From the NCBI GenBank assembly GCA_002633005.1, contig NMRA01000135.1, forward strand, positions 528,183 to 592,182: a stretch of DNA of 64,000 bases, written 5' to 3'. Source of the stretch: Phoronis australis (lineage: Eukaryota; Animalia; Phoronida). This document shows, piece after piece, positions 12,817 through 26,788 of this stretch. The notes under the pieces are model-generated. The model had not been told where the DNA came from. It was given only the letters and a program-made list of their open reading frames with translations, and did not search any database. The position numbers were made by a program, and so were the translations under genes. Each line of letters opens with the position of its first letter. The stretch's first letter is position 1.

Positions 12817-14749
12817 GTATAACCTATTTAACCTACGCCAAATTAAAATAAAAATCGCCCCCTGTTCATAAAGACTCTAGCACATCCTTTGTCGTTATGG
12901 GATTTTAATTGATTTTTGAGTGGAAGAGATTGCAAGACATTGGAATTGCTGGCAGATAACACAAAACTTCTCTCCAATTATCAAGAGGCGTCATGATTTA
13001 CGCAACTCATTACAAGTGTTATGGTCCATTAAAACATATTGAATGCTCCGCGAACAGTTGAGGTGACCATAAGCACTTCATAAGGACACCAGCGGGGTGC
13101 ATAGCTTACTGTAAGCGGATGGCTATCTTTATTCGCGTGCCTGTGTGCAGAACTTTGTTCCAAAAAACTGCAAGAACATCATAAAAACTGTTAACGGTGA
13201 CATTGACGCTCCACATAAATGCCTATGTTGTAAACTTTAGTTTCAACTGTCTTAACTTTACTGCCAAACTGCATATTTAGCCACTTGAGCAAACAAGGTC
13301 TGCCAACTATTTTCTAAATGTAAAATTTTAATTCTCACATCTACTTCATCCTCACATTTTTTGTCTTCACTAGTTTAGCATGAGTATCGACAATCGAACA
13401 ATATCAAGGGATAATTTGTAACTTACAATCTCGAATGTATGGTTGTTTTTTCAATAAACGTTCCACTGAAGTTCTTGAAAGTGAAAGTTCTCGTTGATTA
13501 ATTGCGGCGGCCATTATTATCAGGGTTTCACCAGAAACTCAAAACCTAAATTTGAAATTCATATTTTAGATTAGGTCTAGTTTGAAAAAAGATTAGATCC
13601 TAAATGACGGCAGGACAATTTTATTTCAAGGATGTGTGGCGGTCTACCTACTGTTCTTTTCCAAAATGTTTGGAGGATGTACAACTCCTCTGAGACTCCA
13701 GAATGCAGTCACCGCAACTCTTTTTGTAGGGCTATTTGTAGTTTAAGCTCCACTCTTTTTGAAATCTACGCTTCAAAGATGGACAGGAGGCGCTGGGTAA
13801 AGACCCCGACCCATTGGAGTTTACATTAAATGACTTTTTAAGAAATATCGGTAATTAAACAAAAATGCACCATCGCATCAATACTAACCAGAATCGAATA
13901 TCTTTATGTTGATTTTGTCTTAAATATTTTTACGTGAACATCAGGTAGTGATATGCTTGTTTTTTCTACAGGTGAACGACGTCATTTTTTGCAACTTCCG
14001 TAGATCACAATCATGCACAGTAATCTCTGGGATTACGCAACAAAATACACGTACCAAAACTGCTGTCAACATTTGCACCCCGAGAGCTGTTTCCTATGGA
14101 ATTCCAAGCCTGTGAGCAGTTAGCGCGTTCGGAACTCATCAGCGCAATAGGTGGGACGGTTCCGAGAATGGGGTGATTAATTAATTAATCTTGTGGGCAA
14201 CTGCATTTTGAAAATACGACCCTGGTCCTTTCATTCCCGCGTGAACATGAGTCGGATTCTTGTAGAGACGATGGAATCAGTCATTGCCATTACTGTCGTG
14301 CTGACGTCGTATTACGGTGGGACGTCAGTTGACATAAACAACTGTGATGCAATGAGAAATAATCCCGCAACAGAGCCCTGTGGCTGCGACTGACCTGTTG
14401 GTGATGTGGCGAGAGAGATACACCACGCGGGACTAAGATTGCTTTCAACCATCTTGGCATTCCTGTTTATGCCAATCACAAAAATTTGATGCTATTTAAA
14501 TCAGCATCCAGCTGACAGGAACGAACTCAAAATTCACTGTCATTATGTGAGTTTGCTCACGGTCAATCTGTCATTTGGTTTTTGGATTCAGTGACTAGGC
14601 CACTGGAATATATAAATAACGAATAAAAGAATATAGAACTCAGTCTGATCAAGTAGGAAGTTTATCCGAACCGGAGCATTGTAAACTACAGGTGTATCAT
14701 ATCTCTAGAGAAGCCTGGAGAAGCGAAAACCTACACTCATCTAACAAGT

Positions 14750-14781
14750 CAATTAACGCTAGTTCAAACTAGCGTTAATTG
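14750..14781. repeat. Perfect 15-bp inverted repeat with 2-nt spacer
   Basis: caattaacgctagtt-ca-aactagcgttaattg. Confidence 0.85.
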
Positions 14782-15562
14782 GCTTTTTAAAATCCACGTA
14801 AGCCTAGAGTAACGTGCTCACGCGTAAAATACGTATGCGCTAACTGATCGTGCAGGTTTGGTATATGTTTTCAAGTGAAGGCGTGTTGATATTGCCAAAA
14901 ATACGCCGCACTTGCCATGGTTAAGAAGGGAAGAGTGATTAATCGTCCGCGAATGAACATGACTCGGAGAGCGCAGGCCCGGGGAATTCTAATTTACTGT
15001 GTGATGCTTTGTTCAGAAAGGTAACTGTTGTTTTTCATGGCAAATTTCTAACGAAAGCATGTATCTTTCTGATTTACGATAGATGAGCCCCAGAACCTCT
15101 CATATTAGAGGGATTTCATATTACGTTTGCAGATTCAAATTTCCGAACTCATTTCAAAGATAGCTAAAATGCATAGCAAGAAACTCTTCTGTATCGGTAC
15201 AACTCTCCGCGTTGCGGTGATAATGTCTGAAGTGACATTACTGGCGAGAAAAATGTTTTTTTGAGATCAGACCCATCGTGAAATCGAGGGTGGCACTTTC
15301 ACGACCGAGCCAAAGACTCTGCTGGCGGAGTTGAATCCCACTCGGTAGATGACTCAATATTTTAAACGTCAAGTCATCAGCCATGATTTCAAAAAATGTG
15401 CGGCAGGCCGACAATTGTGAGAATTGACAATTCGTAACAAAATCCCCAAAACACAACGGATTTTACTATTTTGTAGCTCTGGTCAAATTTAACAACTTGA
15501 AGAAGTGCATTCCACTCAACAACAATCCCCAAAATGCGACAGTAATGGGAAAGCTTAATATA

Positions 15563-15816
15563 TATGCGCGCACCCAGAGCGGGCTCGGGGGGATGGGCTC
15601 GATGACGAAGTGGGCAAAAGCAAAAAGGTCAGTCTCAGAGAAACAAAAACTCCGAATAAAAGTAGAAAACGAGACACAAGTCAACTGAAAAGGCAGGAAC
15701 TACCAAAATTCGGCGAATGCACAATTCACAGCCCTCAACGTACCTCGTGAATCTTAATAAAAGGTCCACATTCTCAAAAATTCGAGCCCCCACTTTTTAG
15801 GCTGAGTGCGCGCATG
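15563..15816. mobile_element. GC-rich MITE family B
   Basis: Ends tatgcgcgcacccag ... ctgagtgcgcgcatg are inverted; shares ttcgagcccc..ttttaggctg with the copies at 33027 and 33340. Confidence 0.75.
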
Positions 15817-17356
15817 TATAAACTTTAACATTTAGTTCCTACAACGTGTGAGACCTTTTCTCCTCAAATTAAACCCGGTATATACTAATGAAGTGTCGAT
15901 GTAAATTGTTAAGTCGACTCGAGCGTTCTCGTCAGCTTTGGTGATTAATTAACTGACACCGGAGTTATCGCTAGGTGAAGCGATCGTGATCGCACGGTAG
16001 TGTAATATGATCTTCACCATTGTCCCACGCAACAGTGACCCCTGTCGATAACTTCCGAATCGATGGATACCGAAGTTCAACCGGCTCCCATTGTCTACCG
16101 ACGCGTCGACCTGTTTACTGCGAAGTCAAGCTTGTGCTGTTAACCTCATTCCAAGACTGATTTTAGGGTTAATTTCAAAACCAATGAATTTCCTTACAGC
16201 TGTCTTTTTAACAACTTAGGAAAAGGTGCCGTAGATAAGTATATCTGTTTTGTAACCAACGTTTTATATCGGAAAAGGTACCTTTTCGTAAGGAAACTGC
16301 TCGTGAAAGAGCCCCCTTAGAGCGGGAGCGCCTCTTCCGGCATTCTGGAGACTCTAGTGGAATTAATGCGTGATCGACCAGATTCATTGTGCACTGAATG
16401 TCTATCCTGGTTGTCGTAAAAATTACATGTTCATATACAAGGAAGTCAAAATACTTTGTCCGTCAGCAACCCTCCAGCAGACAAGGAATTCTACTATACA
16501 AAAGGATGTTGAATAATACGTTGTCAGGGCAATTGACTTCTGTCACATATATATTTAGACATATGCCAACGCTGGCTTGCAAACATCAGATTGTAATATG
16601 CGAGTTAATTGGTTCTTGAGTCTTTGGACAGGGAGTAAACAATGGATCCTGGACACGCACTGTGTACCACAGACAACTTAATATTGAACATTCCGCGTAA
16701 TCTTGTAACCGTCTGTGTCTTGTCGCTACGATTTCGTATAACTCTCCTTGTTCAGGTTGGTTACAGTCTTCGGGGTGGCTTGTACACAGTTGCATTGGGA
16801 CCGTGTCAATGTACTCGAGTGTTCCACGCAATCACCGACTGCTTGTTTGTGGTTGATATTTAATCGCACTTGTAATGGAATGTGATTAATTTGCGTCATG
16901 GGGCTGTAATGTAAACGTCATCAGCACTCACAATATGGACAGGCACTGAGACTGATGGGCACCTCGAACAAGGCACCGATAGCTCTGTCCGTAGAAATGT
17001 ACTCGATTCTTGACTTTTTGTCACATTGCTTTTGATTGTGGCATTGCAGTATCTTGTGATCATCTGCAGACCCTGGGCTTGCAGTAGCCCAACCTCCGAT
17101 CACCAACACCCCAGACGGCCCAGGTCACTGCCAGTTTTCAATCCCCAGTTACAACTAGACCATTCTCAGTACATGGAATTTTTTAATTTCCTGTCTATAA
17201 CTTTCCGTCCCGGAAAATTCCTGATTTGGTCATGAATTTACTGCTTGTTGTCACTATTACTGATTCTGAGGCCTCACTATCCACACTGTTCGCCCTGTGA
17301 AGACCTGATCAGTGAATTTTGTGTGTGTTGCGACTGATTTGAATAGTGCTAATCAC

Positions 17357-17642
17357 CAGGGAAACAGGGACCACGGTGTAAAAAAGACTCCCGCACCTTC
17401 AAACAGCTAATCAGCTAGAAACACAGGAACCCCGACCAGTAAAACAAGAATCCCGGGGATCGGACACGAAACCAAGGGACCGAACAAAATTGTCCGGGTT
17501 TCCTGTTCGATCCCCGGGATTCCTGTTTTACAGGTCGGCGTTCCTGTTATTCGGGCTGGTTAGCTGTTTTGAAGTTGCGGGTGTTTGTTTTCGACTCCGA
17601 TATGTTCTACACCGCGGATTCCTGTTTCGACGAAACACCCTG
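17357..17642. mobile_element. Foldback/palindromic MITE, ~285 bp
   Basis: Arms pair almost end to end, e.g. aaaacaagaatcccggggatcgg / cgatccccgggattcctgtttt and cttcaaacagctaatcagc / gctggttagctgttttgaag; ends caggg...ccctg. Confidence 0.8.
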
Positions 17643-18889
17643 ATCACGTGCGGTCAGAAATCTCTGGACAGCGTCGCAACTGACGTCACACTTCAGCCAC
17701 TTGCAACTCGTGCCATTCAAGCTGTGGTCACGATGTGGTGTTTCATGAATGAGTTGCGTTTTTTCAGTTCTCAAACGCTTCTGTAAAGAATCGTTGTTCC
17801 AAGGAATAGCTGGTATAATGTAAGCGGCAAATGTCTCGGAAGCGTATTGTTCTATGGTCGATTTTTGCATTTTATTTTAGCCATTTAGAGAAGACATGTC
17901 TATCAGCACATGCATGAGACACTCATTTTGAACGTTTTAAAGTAGCACAGAGCATGAAATCAGATTAAATTGCATTTTTTAAAGTTGTTCTCTGCCACTG
18001 TAACAGAAGTCAAACAACTCTCCTGGTAGTTTTACGTAAAGATTTTGTTGCTGTCAAAGCATTTTTTCCTTTAGTTTCAAATTTCACACGCAAAACACGC
18101 CTGCTTATTTGCTATGGCAAGACGTAGCACATTTCCCGTATGTCGAAAATATGACCTTTGACCTTTGAGGTAAACACAACAATGACGATTTCAAGCAGCA
18201 GCTATTCCGACTTCTTTGAGCGCATGCGCACAGATTATATTATTACACATATATTATTAGTATTGAGATGAAAGAGTTTGTATTTCGTCTGTGTTTCAAA
18301 AATAGTGAATCTGACAATTTTCCACAAAATTCTTGCAATATCCGAAGTGAATAAATTTCACTTTAGCATCCCCAAGAAATAGATTCGCCACGAGTTTTCG
18401 CGTCCATGCCTCTTTAACTTTATTTCTCCGCAGCCTGCGGCGTGATTGGACACCGCGGAATGACGTCACTAAACCCATACCTTTGCTGACGTGGTATATG
18501 TGTGAAGCTGCAATGGGTTCTTATGGATGCATGCCCGGAATATGTGAAACTCTAGAGTAAAGACGAGGAGCAAATTTTTAAAATATTATATTACTTAAAC
18601 GTGGCTCATCAATTACAGTATGAAACAATCGTTCGATTTCGGGTTACAGGCATATGGGCTATACCATATAAAAAGCCATGTGAATGAGAAATCGTAGAGA
18701 TTACAACTTATTTTGATTTACCCTACAGTAATGGTTAGAAGGTCAAAGCCTGCTTCATGATAGTGCAACAAATAAAATCACAACGGTAAAATCATTGAAG
18801 AATAGCGTGAATACATTGCATAAATTCACATTTGAACTCCGACAACTACTGTTGGGCTAAATGTGAATCAGGATGCGGGCATGGTCGAC

Positions 18890-21800
18890 TTATGGAGCTA
18901 TTGAAGCCAGTGAAGCGCCATATACAAATGACCCGACGAATGTGCCGTTCGTTGTCATGTCACCGTTCCAGCAGTAGATTCTGACCCAGAGTTCTTCTAG
19001 GTCCCCAACCGTTGTCACCACGGACGCCAGATTGATAGGCATTTGGTTAGGGTTGCTGCCAAGGACGCCGGGATTGTCCGGGTGGCACTGTGCTTCCGGT
19101 GTGGAACTTTTGCAGATGTATTGGTTGAAGGAGCCATAAACCGAGGACGAAATGATCTTGAAACGGAAAATTGAAAAAAAATCATGATGCATAAACGGAT
19201 CAAATGGTCTTTCTGGGGATTACCTGCACAGTCCTGTACAAATGCTTTAAAACTAATATTCGTCAATTTCAATCAAGTTTCCCCTATTTTATTATAATGT
19301 CTACTTTCAAAATGTTGTACTCGAACTTATCATGTCGGTGTATGATTTGCTAGCAGAAATTCAAAGCTAAATTTATATCTTCTTCATTGACTTGGTTCAA
19401 ACAATTGATATTGAGTTAGTTGAAACAAGCTGATTTGGGAACGCTGTATCCATTTGTAAATTGCTCGGTAGAAAAGCTAACTCCGGTTTAAGACTATTCC
19501 CGATAGCAGTGTCCTCTATTGGCTATAATTCAACTCACCGACGAGGTGATCTCGTAGTGCTGAGAGGTCGTCTTGTCCGGACAGAAGATAATTCCCAGTA
19601 CCACGTCACCACCCATTGGGATCGATACATCCTGAGTTGATCTGACGGACTGGACCAGGTAGATAGGTGGGTTGGCGACCAGCAGGTGGCGCATTTCAGG
19701 ATGTATGTATGTCTTGTTACTCTTCTTCGTTGGCTCCTGTTATCGAGCATTTGTTGGCTAGTTATCCAAAGTTCTGACGGTAATGCAATCCCGAGGAGCC
19801 TCGATTATCTGCTAATCGACCTCCTACCATTGTTCAGAAAATAAGTTTATCATAGAACATACCACAGTAAGCCCATAGCATAGAGGGGCACAGAATTCGA
19901 AAAGTCGAGCTCGGTCAAATGGCCCCCTCCAGAAGTTACCGTAGCAAATTTCCAAATCATCCCCCACGTCTTTCTGCCGGTCGACAATTTTTGGTCGCAC
20001 TTAACGTTGCAAATTATTGTTTGGAAGAAATGTGGTCTTCCGCCCCTCCCCCCGCTTCTTACGGCAGTGCTCAAATAGATAAACAAATTAATTTCTGCTG
20101 AAAGCATTGAGCTGTTCCTCATAAATCTTGCAGGATTTTCATTACAAAAGCATCAAATCTTTGTTTAGAGCAAATCAAAGGTGAACGTACACCAACAATT
20201 TCAGAAGAGCCTTACTAACGAAGACAGGAAATCGGAAAGAAACCATCTACCCTAGAAACTGGGTTGGAATATGCTACACTTTCTAAGAAGTTATGAAACA
20301 TTAAGCCTACTAACCTCGTAGATAGCCGGCATTGGTTTCCCAAACTCAACCAAGATAGAGTACGCTATTCCACCTACGTCACCATTCGTAGCGACCACGT
20401 ACAGAGCGCTGGAACCACCGTTCCAACCGGTCACTGTACAGTTAGGAGAGGGAGGGGTCTCCGAGTCTTTACTGTTGGTACACAAGACGGCGCCTGCGTC
20501 GACGTACTGCGAGAAGTGAAAACACGAAGTACATGTATATTGCGCGACCGTACTGGTAATTAAATTAGAACTATGCGTGCCTTTTAAAGTTTTAAAAAAG
20601 CGTAGTCAACTATTACAAAGTCGAAATTCTTACCTAACTTAAGTTTTTCAAAGTAGTCAGAGCAAGGAGCGATCAAGGACAAGTCGGTTTTCGGAGACTC
20701 TCGAAATGTGGATTAGGCCTACACCTCGAAGTCTATCGCTGGTCTTGGTCGTTGAATAAATATTTTGAATTTTCAGTGCAAAGCAATATGAGCAGGGTAA
20801 GATTTTGGATATCATAAAACAACAAAAAGCCGAAGATAATGACGAAGTCATTTTTAGGATGGAATACATTTAAGCAATCATGTCTCGTCGCGTTAACAGT
20901 GAAAAGTTTTACAAATATCACCATAGTAATATTAGTTGATTTACCCCTTTGGTGGGTGCCACGTCTGTGACGTAAAACCTAACAACACCCTTTGAGATGA
21001 TCCAATCGGGGTTGTGGAACAGCTGGATACCAACGTTGACGTCGAAGCCGTTGAAGTGAGCGCACGTGCTGGCGATGAACACCTGCTGATCCTTTGGGCC
21101 GATCTCGACCACAACCTGGTTAGTGTAGTGGGTACCGATCACTTCGGCTCCGTTGGCAAATGACAAGGCTAGATAGAAACACAATAATATGTCTTGCGAG
21201 GCTTAGCTCAGGACCCAATATATCACATTTCTTGTGAGTCAAGCAATTACGTCAGGATTTAGATATCTGGGCTACGTTCCGTAGAACTAAGACATTCATA
21301 TTGAATTTCTTTATTGCGAGAATCTCCATTGAATGTACATTCAGAAAATAATGCATTGTTGTGTGGTACAGAGTCGGTAGCAAGGGGTTTTGCTGAACCA
21401 GTTCTTGGTCTTGACGAGATCAGACACTCAAACTATGATCTTAACAACTTCTGGAACGAAAACAACGAATTCTATTCCATAATTCAACATTCGAACCTCA
21501 CCGACAAATTACTTCGTGGCCGCCATTTTGCTAGGCTTCGCTAGTGAGGTCTAGAGCATAGTCGTGAGACATTTGCCTTTCACTTGTGTGACTTTGCGAG
21601 GTCTTGTGCAATGTTGCTCTTTTACCATGTTCTCGCGCTTGTTGAACGCAACCTAGTATTCCTTGCGTGAAGTAGCGTACAGATTACCTACGTCATAGTA
21701 TCATTGCATTTGCTTTTGCAGGGGAATTAAGTAATTTGTGAGAGAAACGCAGCGACGACGAACAACAGTATTTATCAAAAGTGTAATAAAACCGCGCCTT

Positions 21801-23164
21801 CTCTCAAAAAATTACTGTTGAGTTAGTTCAACGACGTTATAAAACAGGGCTGGGTTGCATAGAACTTCAAAATTATCATCTGGATAACTTTGATTGTTGC
21901 ATGACGTCAGGTGCATTGTTCAACAATAACAACGTGACGCGTGATAATGCGACGTCATTGTTGCCATACGGCGTATAACTTTTTTGCAACTGGACCCAGG
22001 TTCGTTAATTCGCTTGTTTGTTTCAGCAGCTAAAGCAACGTGGTTATCGCGTGAATTCCATGAATTTTATTTTTAACGATTTCAATTCAAACATGGATAA
22101 CATGCAATGACGTTGGTTTGCAAAAGCAAATACGACATGGAGAAAAGTTGTTTCTGGCACGCCAGAAAAGGGTACGTTGTTTATGGCGACAGATGGTTTA
22201 AAATGAAAAATTCAAAGACTAAAATTCTAAACGTTTCCTCTATGTGATTGGCTTAAATAAGTTACCCACATTCTTTCAAAAACGTATTTGTGCATAGGGC
22301 AATTCCCTCAAATTAGAAGCTTGTAAGCATTTAGCTAGAGTTGGAGACCTGTGCAATTGGCTTGACCTGGCTGATCATTTTATTCTCTGAGCATAATCTC
22401 AAAACAAAAAAGCAAACTGTCAGTGGGTTCATCATATTAGCTTGACCTGGCTGGTCATTTTATTCTCTGAGCATAATCTCAAAATAAAAGCAAACTGTCA
22501 GTATAGGTCCATAATATTGTCTTGATCTAGCTGGTCATTGTATTCGCTGAGCATAATCTCAAAACCAAAACAAACTGTCAATTCTTTCCAATCCCGGTAA
22601 TAGCTATTAACCTGTGTAAGGAAAAGTTTTATAGCGGCAAGAGGCTTCAATCAAAATTAGTTATTATTGTACATTAATATGTGTTAATAAGGGATAATTT
22701 GGTGCTTTACTCTTGTCTACCATAATGGTGCAGTAATTTACACCAGAGCTAAAAACAGCACTGACTGCTGAACACGGCCTACATGTACTATTGTAAAAGA
22801 TAGCTTCACGTACCATGTGACAGTTTTTCTGACGATAGGCATAAAGTTGTGTTAAACGTAACAGGCTGGGGGAAGGGGGAGGGGGTGAGAAATTAAAGCC
22901 CGTTCACATCAGCTAAGGTAAAATATTCAGTGTAAGTAGAAAAGCGAGTGGGAACAGACTATGCTTTGTACAATCTTTAGTAAGAACTCCGTGGACGAGA
23001 CATTTTTTAATTTGGCCCAAGATACCCGTTTCCGCATGTCCTCCGAACCCGTTTTATTGAGATTTAAGATGGGCGCGGACGTTCTATAAAACAATTTAGT
23101 TTGAGACGCTTCGAGTTACCTTACCTGTTGCCAACACAGACAAGACGAGCACGTTGACAGCCAT
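18890..23164 (-). CDS. Uncharacterised secreted protein, 306 aa, 5 coding exons: 23164-23125, 21168-20945, 20506-20315, 19736-19539, 19156-18890
   Basis: All introns are GT-AG with consistent phases (1,0,0,0) and the frame is open to TAA. Start context caccATGG. Signal peptide MAVNVLVLSVLATALSFANG; 7 Cys; beta-strand-like pattern; N-glycosylation sequons NCT, NKT, NGT. Confidence 0.85.
21848..21996. mobile_element. PIF/Harbinger-like MITE, 149 bp, CAG target duplication
   Basis: cag|ggctgggttgcatagaa ... tttttgcaactggacc|cag; a reverse-complement copy lies at 41131-41272. Confidence 0.75.
22357..22581. repeat. ~80-bp tandem repeat, about 3 copies, in intron 1 of the secreted-protein gene
   Basis: cttgacctggctg.tcattttattctctgagcataatctcaaaa...aaactgtca repeated three times. 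Confidence 0.9.
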
Positions 23165-23616
23165 GGTGAAGATCAGATGGTTCACCTGTCGCAGGTAAAT
23201 GTGGACTGGATGTTGACTGCGATGAAGACAAAGTTTAACTTTTGCGATGCGGATAGATTGTCACATGCTTGAACCCGGCCTGTCTTATGATGATTCCGAT
23301 AGCCTGGTGAAACACATATTTACATTAGCTCCCTTCACCATGTATATATGTATATGTTTGTTATCACCTCTCTGTTCTGTACTCAGACGTTGGCCTTAGC
23401 CCTTTCGACAGATAACTGTCAGACAAGTTTGTACTGACCGTCACGAGTTAGTTGGAGCTACTCTTGATTGTCTATTTGACCCACAAAACTACCCACAGTC
23501 TTTATCTTTGTAGTACAATCAATTTCCTGAGTTGTATCACTTCTGTAACTTATGATCGTCTACAAGAATAGGAGCAAAGAACTGCCGTATTGTAGGAACT
23601 ATTTAAATGGTGAAAG

Positions 23617-23895
23617 GATGATGATGATGCTGGTGGTGGGGGGAAGGTAGTGGTGATAGTGACGTGATGATGATGGTGGTGGTGGTGGTGATGAAGGGAG
23701 GATAGTGGTGATAGTGATGGTGATGATGATCATGATCATGATGACGATGACTATGACTATTAAGATAATGATATTGAAGTTGGTGATGGAGATGATGGGT
23801 TTGTTTGTGAAGATTACGATCAAGATTATGAAGATGATATTGATGAATAAGAAGTTAATGATGGAGATGATAAAGATGATGATGATGATGGTGAT
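23617..23895. repeat. Degenerate (GAT/GGT)n microsatellite
   Basis: Trinucleotide low-complexity tract. Confidence 0.9.
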
Positions 23896-26788
23896 CAAAA
23901 CATTTCTTGTGTATATTTTGTTCAAAATCAATTTGCAAATTGGTCCTTTTCAGGCTACCCAAACAACACGACTCACTCACTCATGAAAACTGCTCACGGA
24001 CATGTAAACTCAGTTTATTGACTCACAAACCCCTCAAACGTAGCTTCGTTTCGTTTGAGCACGTGACTCGGTCACGGACTCATCGCTGAGTCATGCTCGT
24101 GATTCGTAGTCACTCGTGCTTTTACGAGCGTAAATTCAGTCAAATTTGCCATGTTTTGTTCCTTAATTTATCTCGCCACTGTTGAACCGAACAATTGTCA
24201 TTGTTGTTATCACTGGTTCCACCCATGGTGTGTTATCTTTGTTCCCTGGACAAAGAGTGAGAAGAATTTTATGTATGTTCCTAGATACGAGAGGTTGAAA
24301 AATGATCGTGATCAATGTACATTTAAGGTGAAATAAAATTTGTCCCAATAAAGGAATTTAATTAAAAATTTGGTGCGCTCCAAAGAGTAAATTTTTAGGT
24401 TATTAACATAGCTTGTATCAGAGTCTAAGAAGATACGCCGTCACGTGATACATCATGGATAGGTGCACATAGCACACGGAACACGCCGTTGTTCAAACTT
24501 AGTCACTTAATAAAAATTGTCATCGCAAGATATAACCAATATTTCAGTAAACGAAAATGTAACACAGCAAAACTACAAGGAATTCCACGGATTATTTCCA
24601 TTCGTTTCTCAGGCACTGTAGATCTTACACCAGCCACAACGCCTGCGGTGGCCGAGCACGCAATCTCGAACCTCTTAAAATTTTCATTATTCTGACCCAC
24701 TTTAGTGGCGAAAAAATTGTGTTAGAGTCCCATTAACAGTTTTAGTAAAAGTGCATGGTTCAATAATTTTCCATTTCCTCATGCTTACACGAAAAAATCC
24801 GTTCCGCTACACTTGAACGAGATCTGGTACGAAAATAGATTTTTAAAGGCGCCCGCTGTTCATACAGTACGTACATGTACATGTAACTAACTTCTTAAAA
24901 CGTTTGATCGTTATAAACTTGTCCATCCAAAGCCTTTTCTAGTACAAGCGTACTTATAGATCTTCAAAGTAATGTATTACCTTCGTTACCAAATATCGGA
25001 TTGCTCAAATAAGTATTAACTCTAGATCTATATGATCACAGACTCTTATTTTGTGCAATGCCTTAAATCTCATTATCACATGATCATGGATTTTCGTGAA
25101 AATAGCCAAATTTTCCCAAAAGACACGAATTTTTTCTGAAGCTTCTCTGGGATTTTCTGTTAAGGCTTTATTAGCAAGAGAGGTTGGTTGTCAAATTCAT
25201 CAAGACTTCCAGTTTATTGAACTGAAGTGTTGATGTAATCATTTTTAAAAACCAAGTTCTCGGACAAGGCTTAAAAGAAAATCCCAGACGTTAGAACTAA
25301 AGAAAAAGAATTTAAAAGTTTCATGCAAAAATCATGGCTATGGAATATAGGGCGATCTACGTAAAATTCAAGATTATTTTGCAAAAAACAAAGTCACATA
25401 ATTATGAAAATGTCGCGATTTTCTTCCGTGTTATTGTGCACAGATACAGAGCTTCAAGGAATATAGACAGTTGAAAACAGTATATATTAAGTTTTGTAAA
25501 GATGTTTTAGGATTAAACAGTTAATTTCTAACTAGGAAGAGATATGGGAAGATGTGGGAGATACCGCTTGTACACTAAATGTTTTGTATCATGTATAAAG
25601 TTCTGGTTCAAAATACTCTTAGTAATTGAGAGCAAAGCCAGCAGATGATTTGCTTTATCAATCAGATTTGATCGACAAGTTTTGTAATTGGGTAGGCTTT
25701 GAAAGAAAATTACTGTCGGTGTGTTTGGTTTGCAGATGTTTCGATTAGCCAGGGTATGACCAACCTAGCGTATTTCGTAACAGCATTTTCCCAACTTGTA
25801 ATCGACTGCTATCTACAAGGCAAGCAAACAAATATTGAATGTAATTCAAAACTGCCTTACTATGCAAGATTTAAAATCATTTATTTCCTAAACAATTATT
25901 TGGAAATAATTAACACCCACGTGTAATTATTCAGTCGCTGACCCGACTCCGGTGTTCAAATCACCCATTGCTTGAAGAATGAGATCTCCACACAAATATT
26001 TTTTTTAAAATAGGTTGTGTAAGTTGTAATATGGGTTGTGTGGAAGAATAATACCAATTTCTGTTAGTTTGGAGTGCGGACCAAAGTCTTAGGCTACAGT
26101 GTTTAATGTTCACTTTTGCCATTCTCCCACATTGTTCATATTTGAATTCCTCATGCAAACTCCGATATTTCACTTCGAAAATTCGTCTACTAAGCTCCCA
26201 AGCGTCACAATTAACTGTCTAGTTTGTAGCGGACCTGATAATTTACCATCTTGTATTTTCTTCACTTTGGGCCAGCGGCCATATGTATGTATACCAATAA
26301 ATCTAATAGATCTGTCATCATTTTTGTACAAATCGTAGTCTTAAGGGTCAATACTGTGAGATGATACCTGTCAGTATTCAATAAATGACAATATTAACAG
26401 ATAATACAATAAAATCTCACCAATTTCGAGAAAAATAATAATCAATTTTTTTTTTCTCAATTTCAAGGGTCTCTATTTATTGTGAATGGCCACAGTTTTT
26501 CAAAATATTGTCTTGTGGTAGCTAATTTTTTAGCATTGGTGTTCAGTCGTCAGCGTATCACGTGTCTAGGCGAAATCAAAATAAACAAGATAGTGCAGAA
26601 ATTTCCTTGAAGAGATATTGAAACCCTGTTTTAGTATAGTAACAGATATTTATTACGACTAGATCACTTTATCTTTGAACTGTTTTGTTACCTTGGTCAA
26701 CCCTCAAAACTGTTCGACCACCTTTGAAATTAGTTTTTAGAGCCATCTTAATCGGACGATTGATCACATTTGATTTAGGGCAGAACAG

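Noticed and set aside
23599-23986. Ile/Met-rich ORFs (also 48856-49256 and 53689-54184)
   Set aside because: Translations of trinucleotide microsatellites.
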